IMG/VR virus record: IMGVR_UViG_3300019487_000030
Origin: a virus
Length of the DNA: 64,000 nt
Direction: 5' to 3' (one strand)
The notes under the pieces were generated by a model. That model saw only the letters and a list, made by a program, of their open reading frames with translations, was not told the origin of the DNA and did no database searches. Of the stretch, positions 54,937 to 63,951 are shown piece after piece (position 1 is the stretch's first letter; every line of letters begins with the position of its first letter). A program made the position numbers and the translations under genes.

Positions 54937-55127
54937 CGTTCAAGAAGCGCGTCGCGGCGCACTTCCCGCTCGCGCGTGCCATCGCGATCTGGATCTTCGC
55001 GATCCTGTTCGTCGGCTACAACAACGATCCCGAGCCGGACTTCGTCGTCGGCGTGCTTGTTCTCGTGTTCGGCTTCCTCGCGATCCTCGGCATCGCGCTC
55101 ACGCCGACGACGAGAGGTGACACATGA
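54933..55127 (+). CDS. small two-TM membrane protein
   Basis: two hydrophobic helices. Confidence 0.65.
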   Translation: MTFKKRVAAHFPLARAIAIWIFAILFVGYNNDPEPDFVVGVLVLVFGFLAILGIALTPTTRGDT

Positions 55128-55417
55128 AGAATGCGAAGAACGCGATCACCGTCGCGGAGTTCATGGACGACATCATCGTGTCCAAGAAGAAGCGCACGCG
55201 CAAGCCGCGTCCGTTGTCGCGCACGCAGATCCGCATGCTCTGCAACGTTCGTGACGGCCGCGACGCGTTCGCGCACTGCAACAACATGTCCGAGTACGGT
55301 GGCGCCGACGGCACATGGCGTTCGCTCGTTCGGCTCGGACTGCTCGTGTGGGAGCAGAACGATCTCGTGATCACCGCTGCGGGTCGCGATCGGCTCCGAG
55401 AGTTGGAGATCGACTAG
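55124..55417 (+). CDS. hypothetical wHTH-like protein
   Basis: WRSLVRLGLL...ITAAGR. Confidence 0.65.
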   Translation: MKNAKNAITVAEFMDDIIVSKKKRTRKPRPLSRTQIRMLCNVRDGRDAFAHCNNMSEYGGADGTWRSLVRLGLLVWEQNDLVITAAGRDRLRELEID

Positions 55418-55429
55418 GGGTGCTACGAA

Positions 55430-55463
55430 ACTCTTGACTTGTCGTATGAAACGAACGTAACTC
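55430..55463 (+). promoter_or_regulatory. sigma70-like promoter
   Basis: ACTCTTGACTTGT-N-TAACTC. Confidence 0.55.
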
Positions 55464-55473
55464 GGGGGAACCT

Positions 55474-55734
55474 ATGTCGAGCGTGCTACCGATCGAGACC
55501 AACACGCTGATGCCGCCGTTCGGCGTCGCAGAAGTGCTCGCGCCCGGCGTCTCGGGGACAGATCAGTTCCTGTTCTGGATGCAGACGCACACGGACCCGC
55601 TCGGCCCCAAGTTCTGGCGCACGGCGGTGCTCCGCGAGTGCCTGCCCGGCCCCGACGACGAGCTGACGTTCGTCGCGTTGTCTCCCGTCGTTCGGCGACA
55701 ACCGCGCACGGCGCTCGTGAGGATCGCACTGTGA
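55474..55734 (+). CDS. hypothetical protein
   Basis: first gene after promoter. Confidence 0.65.
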   Translation: MSSVLPIETNTLMPPFGVAEVLAPGVSGTDQFLFWMQTHTDPLGPKFWRTAVLRECLPGPDDELTFVALSPVVRRQPRTALVRIAL

Positions 55735-56012
55735 CGCTCGCAGCCCGTCAGAAGGTCGCCGAGGTGCTCGCCAAGATCGTACAAGCCGAGTACGTCCGCG
55801 CGCACGGTGTACCAGCGCTGATTCGACGTGGGATCCAGATCATGGCCGAACAGGCCGAGCAGATGGGACTCGCACCCGAGGACATCCTGACTCCCGACGG
55901 CCGCGACGCGTTCATCACGATCGCTCGCGCGATCTTCGCTCCGTACCGACCCAAGGCGCCGCGCAACCAACTCGGCGCCGAGTGGCAAACCGTCATCCAG
56001 CTAGCCGCATGA
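55731..56012 (+). CDS. hypothetical protein
   Basis: GTGA overlap. Confidence 0.65.
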   Translation: MTLAARQKVAEVLAKIVQAEYVRAHGVPALIRRGIQIMAEQAEQMGLAPEDILTPDGRDAFITIARAIFAPYRPKAPRNQLGAEWQTVIQLAA

Positions 56013-56737
56013 CGCTCGAACGCGACACACGTTGTGGGCTGTTCGGCACGCCGCTCTGGGTGCTGTTGATCGCGAAGCCTGACGGTACCGATCGACGGCC
56101 TCGTCGGCTCGTGCTCGAACCGTACTCCCCACTGTCAATGGGGACTGCAACCCGGCTCGATGCTTGGGTCGAGGAACAGCAAGGAATCTACGTTTGGGAA
56201 TCCACGAAGCACGTCCGTAGACCGGCCGGCGCACCCACGTGGCGCACTGAATGGCGACGCATCGATGCGTCGATGCAACACGGTTGCCCTGGACTGCCGA
56301 GCATGGGATTCGCAGTCATCCGTGCGCTCGCCCGGCAAGAACTGGTCGGTGAGTCGGCGAAGGAGGTCATGCACGACCTGTTCTGGTCTGCGTTCGTCGC
56401 CAACGTCGACGGCTTGAACTATCTCGTCCGCTACGCGGACAAAGAAACCGGCGAGTTCTACACGCGACAGCAGTTCGATTGGCAGATCAATCAGCTCAAG
56501 CGTGCCGCCATCGACCGTCGCAAGCCGAACGGTGACAAGGATCCCGTCGCTGAACTGCTGTCGGCCATCGCGCGCGAGGAACACCCGATGCTCGGCTTGC
56601 GCGCCTGGGAGCGCGCTGTCATCGACGACGAATTCTATGATGCGCTCGCCGCGCTCGCAGCTCTGGCTGACACCGATGAGCGCACCGACAGCGTGATTCG
56701 ATTCCTGAAGCTCCACAAGTCGAAGAGGACCCCGTGA
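56009..56737 (+). CDS. hypothetical protein
   Basis: ATGA overlap. Confidence 0.65.
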   Translation: MTLERDTRCGLFGTPLWVLLIAKPDGTDRRPRRLVLEPYSPLSMGTATRLDAWVEEQQGIYVWESTKHVRRPAGAPTWRTEWRRIDASMQHGCPGLPSMGFAVIRALARQELVGESAKEVMHDLFWSAFVANVDGLNYLVRYADKETGEFYTRQQFDWQINQLKRAAIDRRKPNGDKDPVAELLSAIAREEHPMLGLRAWERAVIDDEFYDALAALAALADTDERTDSVIRFLKLHKSKRTP

Positions 56738-57132
56738 ACGATCCCGTCAACCACGCAACCCGTGAACCGCACCAGCCCACGTACGCTATCGCTGTCGAGG
56801 GCGACTTCGAGCAGGACTTCCTGGCTGGTCCGAACAGCATCGAGTACGCCGTGCGGCTCGATCGGCTCGGGCCCGGCAACGTCGAGTTCAAGCTGATCAT
56901 CAACGGTCGGCAGTGCGGCACGCTGCCGTTCGACAATCTCGTGAAGGCCGCAACGCGCATCGATCCCGATCACGCCGTCGGCCCCGAGAAACAGATCCAG
57001 AAGCTGCGCAAGGAGGTCTCCGAGGCACGCGCCGAGAAGTACGACTGGCAGGCACGCGCCGAGCAGCTTGCCGAGCAGGTCGCGCAGCTCGAAGCGAAGA
57101 TCGCCGCGTTCCAGGAGTCCACGAAGGCCTGA
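56734..57132 (+). CDS. hypothetical protein with C-terminal coiled coil
   Basis: GTGA overlap. Confidence 0.7.
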   Translation: MNDPVNHATREPHQPTYAIAVEGDFEQDFLAGPNSIEYAVRLDRLGPGNVEFKLIINGRQCGTLPFDNLVKAATRIDPDHAVGPEKQIQKLRKEVSEARAEKYDWQARAEQLAEQVAQLEAKIAAFQESTKA

Positions 57133-57135
57133 GCC

Positions 57136-57795
57136 ATGCGTACGACGGACACCACACCGATTCGCGACCCACGCAACGCCGCCGGTCTTCTGACCGCGAC
57201 GCTGGAGCTTGCGCTCGCGTCGCCGATCGTCACGAAGTACCCCGGTGTCGTCGCCGAGCTTGCCAGCTTCGTGAAGGTCGGCCACGAGTTCACGAAGATG
57301 CCGCGCAACTACATCAACGGCTACAAGCGGCGCGGCGGCTCGTCGGAGTTCTACCAGCGCATCAAGGCGCTGTGGGAGGCGGCACCGCCCGGCAGCATGG
57401 ACATGTACCTCGACCGCGACAGCGGCCGTCGCGACGTGTACGGGACGGCCAAGTCGATGGCCGATCGCCTGCTGCGCGTCGCCGTCGACACGCTCGAAGA
57501 CGTCACGCGCTGGGACAAGTTCATCAACGAGACGCGCGTGCCCGGCAGTGCGTTCCTCGGCACGTCGTCAAGTACTGCCCCGCCCGAGTGGCGCAAGGCG
57601 TGGCTCGATCACGTGTCGAGCGCAGAACGTCTCGGTGCCGACCTCGGCGCGATCGCGACGGCCGAGTGCGAGTGGCGCTTCCGTGACCTCACCGATCGCA
57701 GTCACCGTGGCCGCAACGTGCGCGCAGCGTGGGAAGCCGCCTGGCTGTCGGGCAACTACAAGTTCGCTGCCGAGCTGATCGAGAGCATCCGATGA
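57136..57795 (+). CDS. hypothetical protein
   Basis: typical codons. Confidence 0.7.
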   Translation: MRTTDTTPIRDPRNAAGLLTATLELALASPIVTKYPGVVAELASFVKVGHEFTKMPRNYINGYKRRGGSSEFYQRIKALWEAAPPGSMDMYLDRDSGRRDVYGTAKSMADRLLRVAVDTLEDVTRWDKFINETRVPGSAFLGTSSSTAPPEWRKAWLDHVSSAERLGADLGAIATAECEWRFRDLTDRSHRGRNVRAAWEAAWLSGNYKFAAELIESIR

Positions 57796-57847
57796 CCCGC
57801 GGCAAGCCCAAGACGGCGTGGCAGCTCTACGTCGAGAAACGTGCGGG

Positions 57848-58090
57848 ATGATCGGCTACCTAGTCGATCAGGGCTTCACCGTCGAGGAATCGTCGACCGA
57901 CAACGCACTCGACGCACTCGAAGCGCTCGTGCTCGCAGCGGCGCAGGTGCGCGAGAAGCAGCCTCCGCACATGATCCACCTCAAGGCGAGCAAGCTCCTG
58001 CACGCCGACGGCACGCCGCTTCCGAACACGTGGACCGACGTCTACAACACCGCGTGGAAGTTCATCGCGGCGATGGACAACCTCGCATGA
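57848..58090 (+). CDS. hypothetical protein (possibly joined to 57792-57851 by frameshift)
   Basis: ATG overlaps the stop of a 19-codon ORF. Confidence 0.55.
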   Translation: MIGYLVDQGFTVEESSTDNALDALEALVLAAAQVREKQPPHMIHLKASKLLHADGTPLPNTWTDVYNTAWKFIAAMDNLA

Positions 58091-58416
58091 TCAACAACGT
58101 GGTCAACAACAGTGTGCTGTGCGGCTGCAAACGCCCACCGCGGATGCTCGTCGACAACTTCGCTATCTGCACGTGCGATCATCTGATCTATCGGCCGTCG
58201 CGCGGTATCGGCCCGATGACGCCGTGGGACAGTTGGAACGCTGAGATCAATCCCGCTGGCCGGAAGGAACTAGTTGCGCGTGCGAAGCGACGCATCGGTC
58301 CTGTGGCCGCCGTTGACCCCACGAACGTTCAGGACGCGGTCGACGTCGCACGACAGATCAACGACAACCAGTTCGCCGACGACCTCGAATACGAACAGTG
58401 GGTCGCACGCCTATGA
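58087..58416 (+). CDS. hypothetical Zn-ribbon protein
   Basis: CGC...CTC. Confidence 0.6.
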   Translation: MINNVVNNSVLCGCKRPPRMLVDNFAICTCDHLIYRPSRGIGPMTPWDSWNAEINPAGRKELVARAKRRIGPVAAVDPTNVQDAVDVARQINDNQFADDLEYEQWVARL

Positions 58417-58619
58417 GCTGGAACGACAAGGCCTTCATGGCGCGCGGGCTCTATGTCCGGCATTCGTACAAGCGCCGTCGCGGCTGCCACGGTGTCTGTA
58501 CGCGGTGCGGCGTGAAACGTCGCTCGACGTCGAGCGGCTATGAGTACTGCGATCCGAAGCAGCGGCCGAAGCACTGGACGACTGCGAATCCACCTTGCGT
58601 CCCACGACGTGTTTCATGA
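58413..58619 (+). CDS. small Zn-finger protein
   Basis: HSY...CTRCG...PPC. Confidence 0.6.
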   Translation: MSWNDKAFMARGLYVRHSYKRRRGCHGVCTRCGVKRRSTSSGYEYCDPKQRPKHWTTANPPCVPRRVS

Positions 58620-58633
58620 CCAGGAGTTTGCCG

Positions 58634-59344
58634 ATGACCTTTACGTCTCGTCCCATGTCCCGCAATGATCGCGGCCAGAACAACGGTTACCGCCGCAAGT
58701 ACACCATCAGCGTGCACGCCATCGAACGGTATCGCGAACGGGTCGACGAAGAGTTTCGACACCGTGACGACGATGACCTCGGCAACATGCTCGATCAGAA
58801 GTTGCAGCATCCCGAGAGCAAACAGACGGTGCGCGACCCGCGCGCTCCGAGCGAGTTGACCGAGCTATTCGAGATCGTCATGCGGACGGGCTCGAACTAC
58901 TACGTGGTCATGCGGAACGGCACCGCGATCACCGTGCTCGACCCGAGCATGGCGCAGACCAATTTCGCGGAAGGTCAGTGGAAGCCGGTGCTCCACACGC
59001 CGTTCGCGAACGACAAGCTCAAGAAGATGGCGACCGACATTCAGCTTGCCGGGCCGAGGAAACTGACACCGCAAGAGCGAGCGATCGCGCGTGGGGACCT
59101 GCCGGCGCCGTCGAAGGCCGAGATCGCGTTGCCTGTGCACGGGAACGCGCCCGAGTTCTCGCCGCTGGAACTTGCCGGCATGGCGCACGCACGGGCGCTG
59201 CGCAAGTGTCGCGAGGTCGATGTTGCTCTCGAACGTGCGAAGCGCGACGTCGAACGCCTCGAAGCAGAGCGGCTCACTGCTCAAACCGAGTGCGAGACCG
59301 CGCGGCTCACGATGTTCAAGCTCGCCGAAGAAGGTGCCGCGTGA
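58634..59344 (+). CDS. hypothetical protein (ISVHAIERYRER N-terminal domain, coiled-coil C-terminus)
   Basis: AGGAG RBS. Confidence 0.7.
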   Translation: MTFTSRPMSRNDRGQNNGYRRKYTISVHAIERYRERVDEEFRHRDDDDLGNMLDQKLQHPESKQTVRDPRAPSELTELFEIVMRTGSNYYVVMRNGTAITVLDPSMAQTNFAEGQWKPVLHTPFANDKLKKMATDIQLAGPRKLTPQERAIARGDLPAPSKAEIALPVHGNAPEFSPLELAGMAHARALRKCREVDVALERAKRDVERLEAERLTAQTECETARLTMFKLAEEGAA

Positions 59345-59661
59345 CGACCAAGGGCGAGTGGATCACGAACGAGGAGCAGCTCGCGCGCTGGGTAGCCGGC
59401 GAGTCGGTACACCGGCAGTTCAAGCTGCAGCTCGTCGACAAAGACGGGATCACCGTCGTCAGTGAACGCGACGCCGACGAGTGCACGCCCGACTTCTCGT
59501 GCTGCCGACCGAACCTGCTCGCCGAGCCCGACATCCGCGTCGCGTTCCGTGATGCGCCGCAGGACGTCCGGCACAAGTTCCTCGGACTGTTTCTGCGCGC
59601 GATGCTCGCGGACATGTCCGAAACCAACGTCGCCGTGATTGCAGGAGAACAACCAACATGA
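59341..59661 (+). CDS. hypothetical protein
   Basis: GTGA overlap. Confidence 0.65.
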   Translation: MTTKGEWITNEEQLARWVAGESVHRQFKLQLVDKDGITVVSERDADECTPDFSCCRPNLLAEPDIRVAFRDAPQDVRHKFLGLFLRAMLADMSETNVAVIAGEQPT

Positions 59662-59948
59662 CCGAGACCCCCGAGGAGCGCCGCGAAATCCTGCGCCGCA
59701 TGCACGCGGCGTCGAACAACTTCTACGCTGCAGCAGCCCGCGCCGGCTGTCACGCTTTCATCGAGTTCACGGGCCTGATGAACGAATTCATCAAGCTCTG
59801 CGAGACGGCCGAAGCGCAAGGCATCCCGTGGGTGCGTGCGAACGTGCACGGCGACGTCCACCTGCCGTTCAAGCCGCACCACATCGAGTACCTGAGCGAG
59901 AAGCTGGAGTGCATCTACGGCAAGCGCATCCAGCTCGTCGACGAGTGA
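59658..59948 (+). CDS. hypothetical protein
   Basis: AGGAG RBS. Confidence 0.7.
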   Translation: MTETPEERREILRRMHAASNNFYAAAARAGCHAFIEFTGLMNEFIKLCETAEAQGIPWVRANVHGDVHLPFKPHHIEYLSEKLECIYGKRIQLVDE

Positions 59949-60166
59949 TGGGCACGCTGCGCGATCGCTATGCACGCGGCGGCGGTCCGCGTCCGCATCA
60001 CAACGGCGCGAAGCGCGGACCGCTGCGCAAGGTCGTCGCCGAAGGTGTCAACGAGCACGGTGTCCACACCGAGACGCTCGAATGCGGCCATGTCGTGCAC
60101 CGCAAGAAAGACCTGTTCGGTTACACGAACGCGGTCCGGCGCCGCTGCCGGAAGTGCAAGACGTGA
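59948..60166 (+). CDS. small Zn-binding protein
   Basis: LECGH...RRCRKC. Confidence 0.65.
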   Translation: MGTLRDRYARGGGPRPHHNGAKRGPLRKVVAEGVNEHGVHTETLECGHVVHRKKDLFGYTNAVRRRCRKCKT

Positions 60167-60360
60167 AGCTGTCCGAAGCCAAAGCGCGCATGCTGCGCGC
60201 GGTCGCGAGTGCGGATCTCCATCACGGCACCGACCAGCGACCGGAGCTGTTCGTCGAGGCGATCAATGCGCTGCCTGACCGTACGCTGTTTGAACAACTT
60301 GCGCCCGAGTTTCGTCACATGATCGAGTACGCGCTGCGTGACGTGGACGAGCCCGATTGA
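60163..60360 (+). CDS. hypothetical protein
   Basis: GTGA overlap. Confidence 0.55.
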   Translation: MKLSEAKARMLRAVASADLHHGTDQRPELFVEAINALPDRTLFEQLAPEFRHMIEYALRDVDEPD

Positions 60361-60707
60361 TGCCGCCGAACCTAACAGATCGCGTTGCGACGCAGCTCAT
60401 GAAGGCTGCGGTCGGTCGACTGCAGTCCAGCTCGATGCAGATCGACAAGCGGGGCAACCTCTCGGCCGAGCCGCTACGTCGTGCGATTTCGCAGCTCGCG
60501 TTCCAAGTCGCGAAGCAAGGCCTGTCGCCGGTCGATCTCGATCGTCCCGAGGGTGTCGACGCGCTACACGCGATCGTGTCCGCGATCCCGCCGAAGCAAA
60601 CCGAAGCGGTTGTCAGTTTCCTGCCGCTCCCCGACGAGTGGAAGCACGTCGTCAATGCGGCGTACCGCCAGGCTGACCATCTACTGCACCAGGTGCGCAA
60701 GGCGTGA
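60360..60707 (+). CDS. hypothetical protein
   Basis: TGATG overlap. Confidence 0.65.
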   Translation: MPPNLTDRVATQLMKAAVGRLQSSSMQIDKRGNLSAEPLRRAISQLAFQVAKQGLSPVDLDRPEGVDALHAIVSAIPPKQTEAVVSFLPLPDEWKHVVNAAYRQADHLLHQVRKA

Positions 60708-61132
60708 GAGAGGTGCGTCGCTACTCGGACAAGACTGTGACTGTTGCTGCGAAGCGTGTGCGCCGCGCGCTGCAGCACATCACGCACAAAGGCTTGTCGA
60801 CGCGTGACCGGCTCGACGTGCTCGTGTGTCAGTTGATCCGGCAAGGGCTCGAACCGATCGACGTCGTGCGTGAAGGCGGCGCCGACGCGCTTGTGATCAT
60901 CGCGAGCGCGTTACCGCCAGCAACAGATGACCCGGCCTTTGATCGTGCGATGGCTACCCGCAAGCCGGGCTGGATCATCGTCGACAGCTACGTGCCCGAG
61001 GTCGAGATCGCGCCCGGCAAGAAGATGCTCCTGCCGACGCCGACACGCATCCGCACGACGAAAGAACCGTCGACGACCTGGCAGCGCGTGATCGATCGCG
61101 TGCTGCAGATGCCCGAGAAGCAGACGCCGTGA
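60704..61132 (+). CDS. hypothetical protein
   Basis: GTGA overlap. Confidence 0.65.
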   Translation: MREVRRYSDKTVTVAAKRVRRALQHITHKGLSTRDRLDVLVCQLIRQGLEPIDVVREGGADALVIIASALPPATDDPAFDRAMATRKPGWIIVDSYVPEVEIAPGKKMLLPTPTRIRTTKEPSTTWQRVIDRVLQMPEKQTP

Positions 61133-61533
61133 CGTGGGATCCCGATGATCCGGCCGCGTGGCGTGTCGCGGACACGATCAACTTCGCGGTCCACTGGTGG
61201 CAGCACCGTCTCAACTACAACCGTGCCGATGACTGGATCGAGGAAGGCCGCGTCGACGTCCAGCTCGCCGCTATCCTAATCACGTACGCACATCGTCAAG
61301 GTCTCGCGGTCGCCGACCTCGACACCGCCAGCGGACCCGGAGCGCTCCGCGCCTTGGCTGAAGCTGTCGCGACCGACAAGACGCTACGTAGGACGCTCAA
61401 GAACGATCTGATCCACGCGGCGTACGGCGGCAAGAGCACGCTGCTGACCGGCGAGTGGGAGGGTGTTCGCAAGGCCTCGGAGCACCTGCTGAGGACACAG
61501 CCTCGACGGTACGACGGTGCGTACAAGGAATGA
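61129..61533 (+). CDS. hypothetical protein
   Basis: GTGA overlap. Confidence 0.65.
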   Translation: MTWDPDDPAAWRVADTINFAVHWWQHRLNYNRADDWIEEGRVDVQLAAILITYAHRQGLAVADLDTASGPGALRALAEAVATDKTLRRTLKNDLIHAAYGGKSTLLTGEWEGVRKASEHLLRTQPRRYDGAYKE

Positions 61534-61534
61534 C

Positions 61535-61559
61535 GATCGCGCGAGCGATCGCGTAGAAT
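61535..61559 (+). promoter_or_regulatory. palindrome + TAGAAT box
   Basis: GATCGCGCGAGCGATC-GCG-TAGAAT, 6 nt before the ATG. Confidence 0.7.
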
Positions 61560-61565
61560 CGCTGC

Positions 61566-62210
61566 ATGCCGACTTGGCCCAAAGGTGGACGTACAACAGA
61601 ACGCTGGCGCAAGAAGCTGGAGCGCGTCGCGACGTGGGTGCCCGTCGACATTCTGCTCGCGTGGATCGATACCGAGTCCGGCGGCCGGCCGACGGTGACG
61701 ACACACCTGGGCGAGCGCGGGCTGTTTCAGGTCCATCCCGCCGAGGTCAAGATGCTGGGCCTGACCGAAGACGAGTTCCAGCGGCTGACCACGGACACCG
61801 ATCTCGCGCTGCGGGTCGGCGTCAAGATGGTCAAGACGTACGCATCGCAGGCCAAGAAAGACCTCGTGAAGGTTGGCACCGCGTGGCACGGCCGCGACTT
61901 CTGGAAGCTCGCGAAGCTCTACCACGGCGCGTATGCGATGCCGTCGAGCGCGCTCAATGCGTTCGCGCGCGTCAACAATCGCGCGCCCGAGAACTGGAAC
62001 GAGCTGCACGCGTTCGCGTTGCAGGAAGCGGCGGCCGGTCGCGATCTGATACCGAACAACGCGTCGTTGTCGGCGACACTGCGACGCCTGACCGAGTTCA
62101 TCATGAACAATGCACACAAGACCGGCGAAGCGTCCGAGCTTCCGGTCTACAACCGCGACAAGGTTGCGATAGTTACGGGCCTGCTGCGCCAGGCGGGCTT
62201 CGCGATCTAG
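61566..62210 (+). CDS. lysozyme-like/SLT transglycosylase (candidate endolysin)
   Basis: LLAWIDTESGG...GERGLFQV...LYHGA. Confidence 0.7.
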   Translation: MPTWPKGGRTTERWRKKLERVATWVPVDILLAWIDTESGGRPTVTTHLGERGLFQVHPAEVKMLGLTEDEFQRLTTDTDLALRVGVKMVKTYASQAKKDLVKVGTAWHGRDFWKLAKLYHGAYAMPSSALNAFARVNNRAPENWNELHAFALQEAAAGRDLIPNNASLSATLRRLTEFIMNNAHKTGEASELPVYNRDKVAIVTGLLRQAGFAI

Positions 62211-62219
62211 ACTCGACGC

Positions 62220-62381
62220 ATGTCATTCATCTTCACGGTGCTGTTCATCGTCGGGTTGTGCATGTACCTGATTCCGACGACCCATGCGAAGGTCACGCGC
62301 ATCGGCGAGATGCTGCTGTTCGCAGGAATCCTCGGGATCATGCTCACGCTCGCGCCCGCGTTCGTCGCGAAGCTACGCTGA
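62220..62381 (+). CDS. 53-aa two-TM holin-like protein
   Basis: manual translation MSFIFTVLFIVGLCMYL...IGEMLLFAGILGIMLTL; follows transglycosylase. Confidence 0.55.
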   Translation: MSFIFTVLFIVGLCMYLIPTTHAKVTRIGEMLLFAGILGIMLTLAPAFVAKLR

Positions 62382-63013
62382 TGGGCGTGCTAACGTGGCC
62401 GCGCACGGGTGATCTCGTGCGTGATCTGGAGAGCTACATGCGGAAGGAACGAGAGCTAGGTGTCTGGGGCTTCCCGCACTACGTGCGGTACCTGCGCGCG
62501 TTGATCATCCGACTGACGCCACAGCCGCATCGCTGCACCATCGAAGTGCTCGACGCGGCCGAGCAGATGCTTGCAGCGAACACAGGCGGCTTGCTCAACA
62601 AGCTCATCACGACACCGCCGGGCGGTCACCGTCCCGCGCGCATGGGCACCGTAGCGGCGTCGCGTGCACACCTCTCAAGGCTCGCTGCGAACGCGATCTG
62701 CGAAGTCATCGGTTGCTGGGCCGGCCATGATCCGCAGCCGGGGCTCGCCGCGGGCGTGAAGTTCCGTGACACGGCCGACGATCGTGCAGCAAGCCACGCG
62801 AATGAGCGTGCGAAGTCGATCGTGCGCACGATCGAGAGCGCCGCACTCGACATCGGTCTCACGATGAACGATCTCATGGAGTGTGCCGTCGACGCGTTCT
62901 CGGACGCGGACGTCGACGTAAATCGGCGCGATGCAGCCGTCGCAGCGATGCAGGCCGGCCACTTCAAGCTCGGGCACGAGATCATCACCGACGCGCCCCG
63001 CGCCAAGAACTGA
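62381..63013 (+). CDS. hypothetical protein
   Basis: TGATG overlap. Confidence 0.65.
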   Translation: MGVLTWPRTGDLVRDLESYMRKERELGVWGFPHYVRYLRALIIRLTPQPHRCTIEVLDAAEQMLAANTGGLLNKLITTPPGGHRPARMGTVAASRAHLSRLAANAICEVIGCWAGHDPQPGLAAGVKFRDTADDRAASHANERAKSIVRTIESAALDIGLTMNDLMECAVDAFSDADVDVNRRDAAVAAMQAGHFKLGHEIITDAPRAKN

Positions 63014-63029
63014 TCCCGGGCGCAACTCG

Positions 63030-63062
63030 CTCTTGACAAGTACAACGCTCCGGCGCTACCAC
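63030..63062 (+). promoter_or_regulatory. sigma70-like promoter
   Basis: CTCTTGACAAGT; TTGACA-N18-TACCAC. Confidence 0.6.
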
Positions 63063-63192
63063 CGTAGGCGACCAAGGATAACGGCAGAGCCTCTGGATAG
63101 TTGATACGGGTCGCACCCGTACGGAACAAGCCAATTGGTCGGCGCCAGAAACAGTCGTGACAGGTCGGAGAGACGGCCCCTACGGGATTCAC

Positions 63193-63810
63193 ATGGAAGA
63201 TCACATCGACTTCGCGAAGGGCATGGCGTCGAACGTCGTCGAAAACGTCGAACGTCGGTGGCGCAACGTCGAACGTCCCGGCTACTTCGGGCGCCGACGT
63301 GATCTCCGCGTCGCGCAGTTCGATGCGCAGTACGGCGCAGGCAACTGGCGCCTCGCGTGGATCGTGTCGGCGTTCGGTGACAACCCATCTGTCACGCTCA
63401 GCTTCGTGCAGGCGTGCAAGGCTGTCTACGAGGAGAGCTACTACCAGTATCTGAAGAATCGGCCCGACGACGTCGACTTCATCTGCGAGTTCACCGAGTG
63501 CATCGACAACGCGCCGACGAACGTGCACAGCGGCCTCGACTACACGATCCAGGAAGCGTTCTCGACGCACATCCAGGACATCGCCGTGCGCAACGTGCTC
63601 GCCAAGCTCGGGCGAACGTTCACCGGCAAGCGCACCGAGCTGCTCGTGATCCGCAGCGCTGACTCGAACGGCTACAAGTTCGGACCGGGCAACATCCCGT
63701 TGTACCGCCCTGAGATCATCACACGACCGTCGCTGTGCCCTGCATGGGCAAACAAGGGCTCCACCGAAGACTTCTGGCAGTCGAACAAGTGGCTGCAGGT
63801 CGCCGCTTGA
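63193..63810 (+). CDS. hypothetical protein (YFGRRRD...YGAGNWRLAW)
   Basis: typical codons; start at 63157 or 63193. Confidence 0.75.
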   Translation: MEDHIDFAKGMASNVVENVERRWRNVERPGYFGRRRDLRVAQFDAQYGAGNWRLAWIVSAFGDNPSVTLSFVQACKAVYEESYYQYLKNRPDDVDFICEFTECIDNAPTNVHSGLDYTIQEAFSTHIQDIAVRNVLAKLGRTFTGKRTELLVIRSADSNGYKFGPGNIPLYRPEIITRPSLCPAWANKGSTEDFWQSNKWLQVAA

Positions 63811-63951
63811 CAGCGCGTACGGCACGACGCAGGATGAAGCTCACGATGCATCGACCGTGAACGCGCAAGCTCGCTGGGACAGCCCAGCACCGACGCCCAC
63901 GAATTCCACGTCGCTCCGAGTTGCAGCTCGTCGAGCGGCCCACCGAAGACG

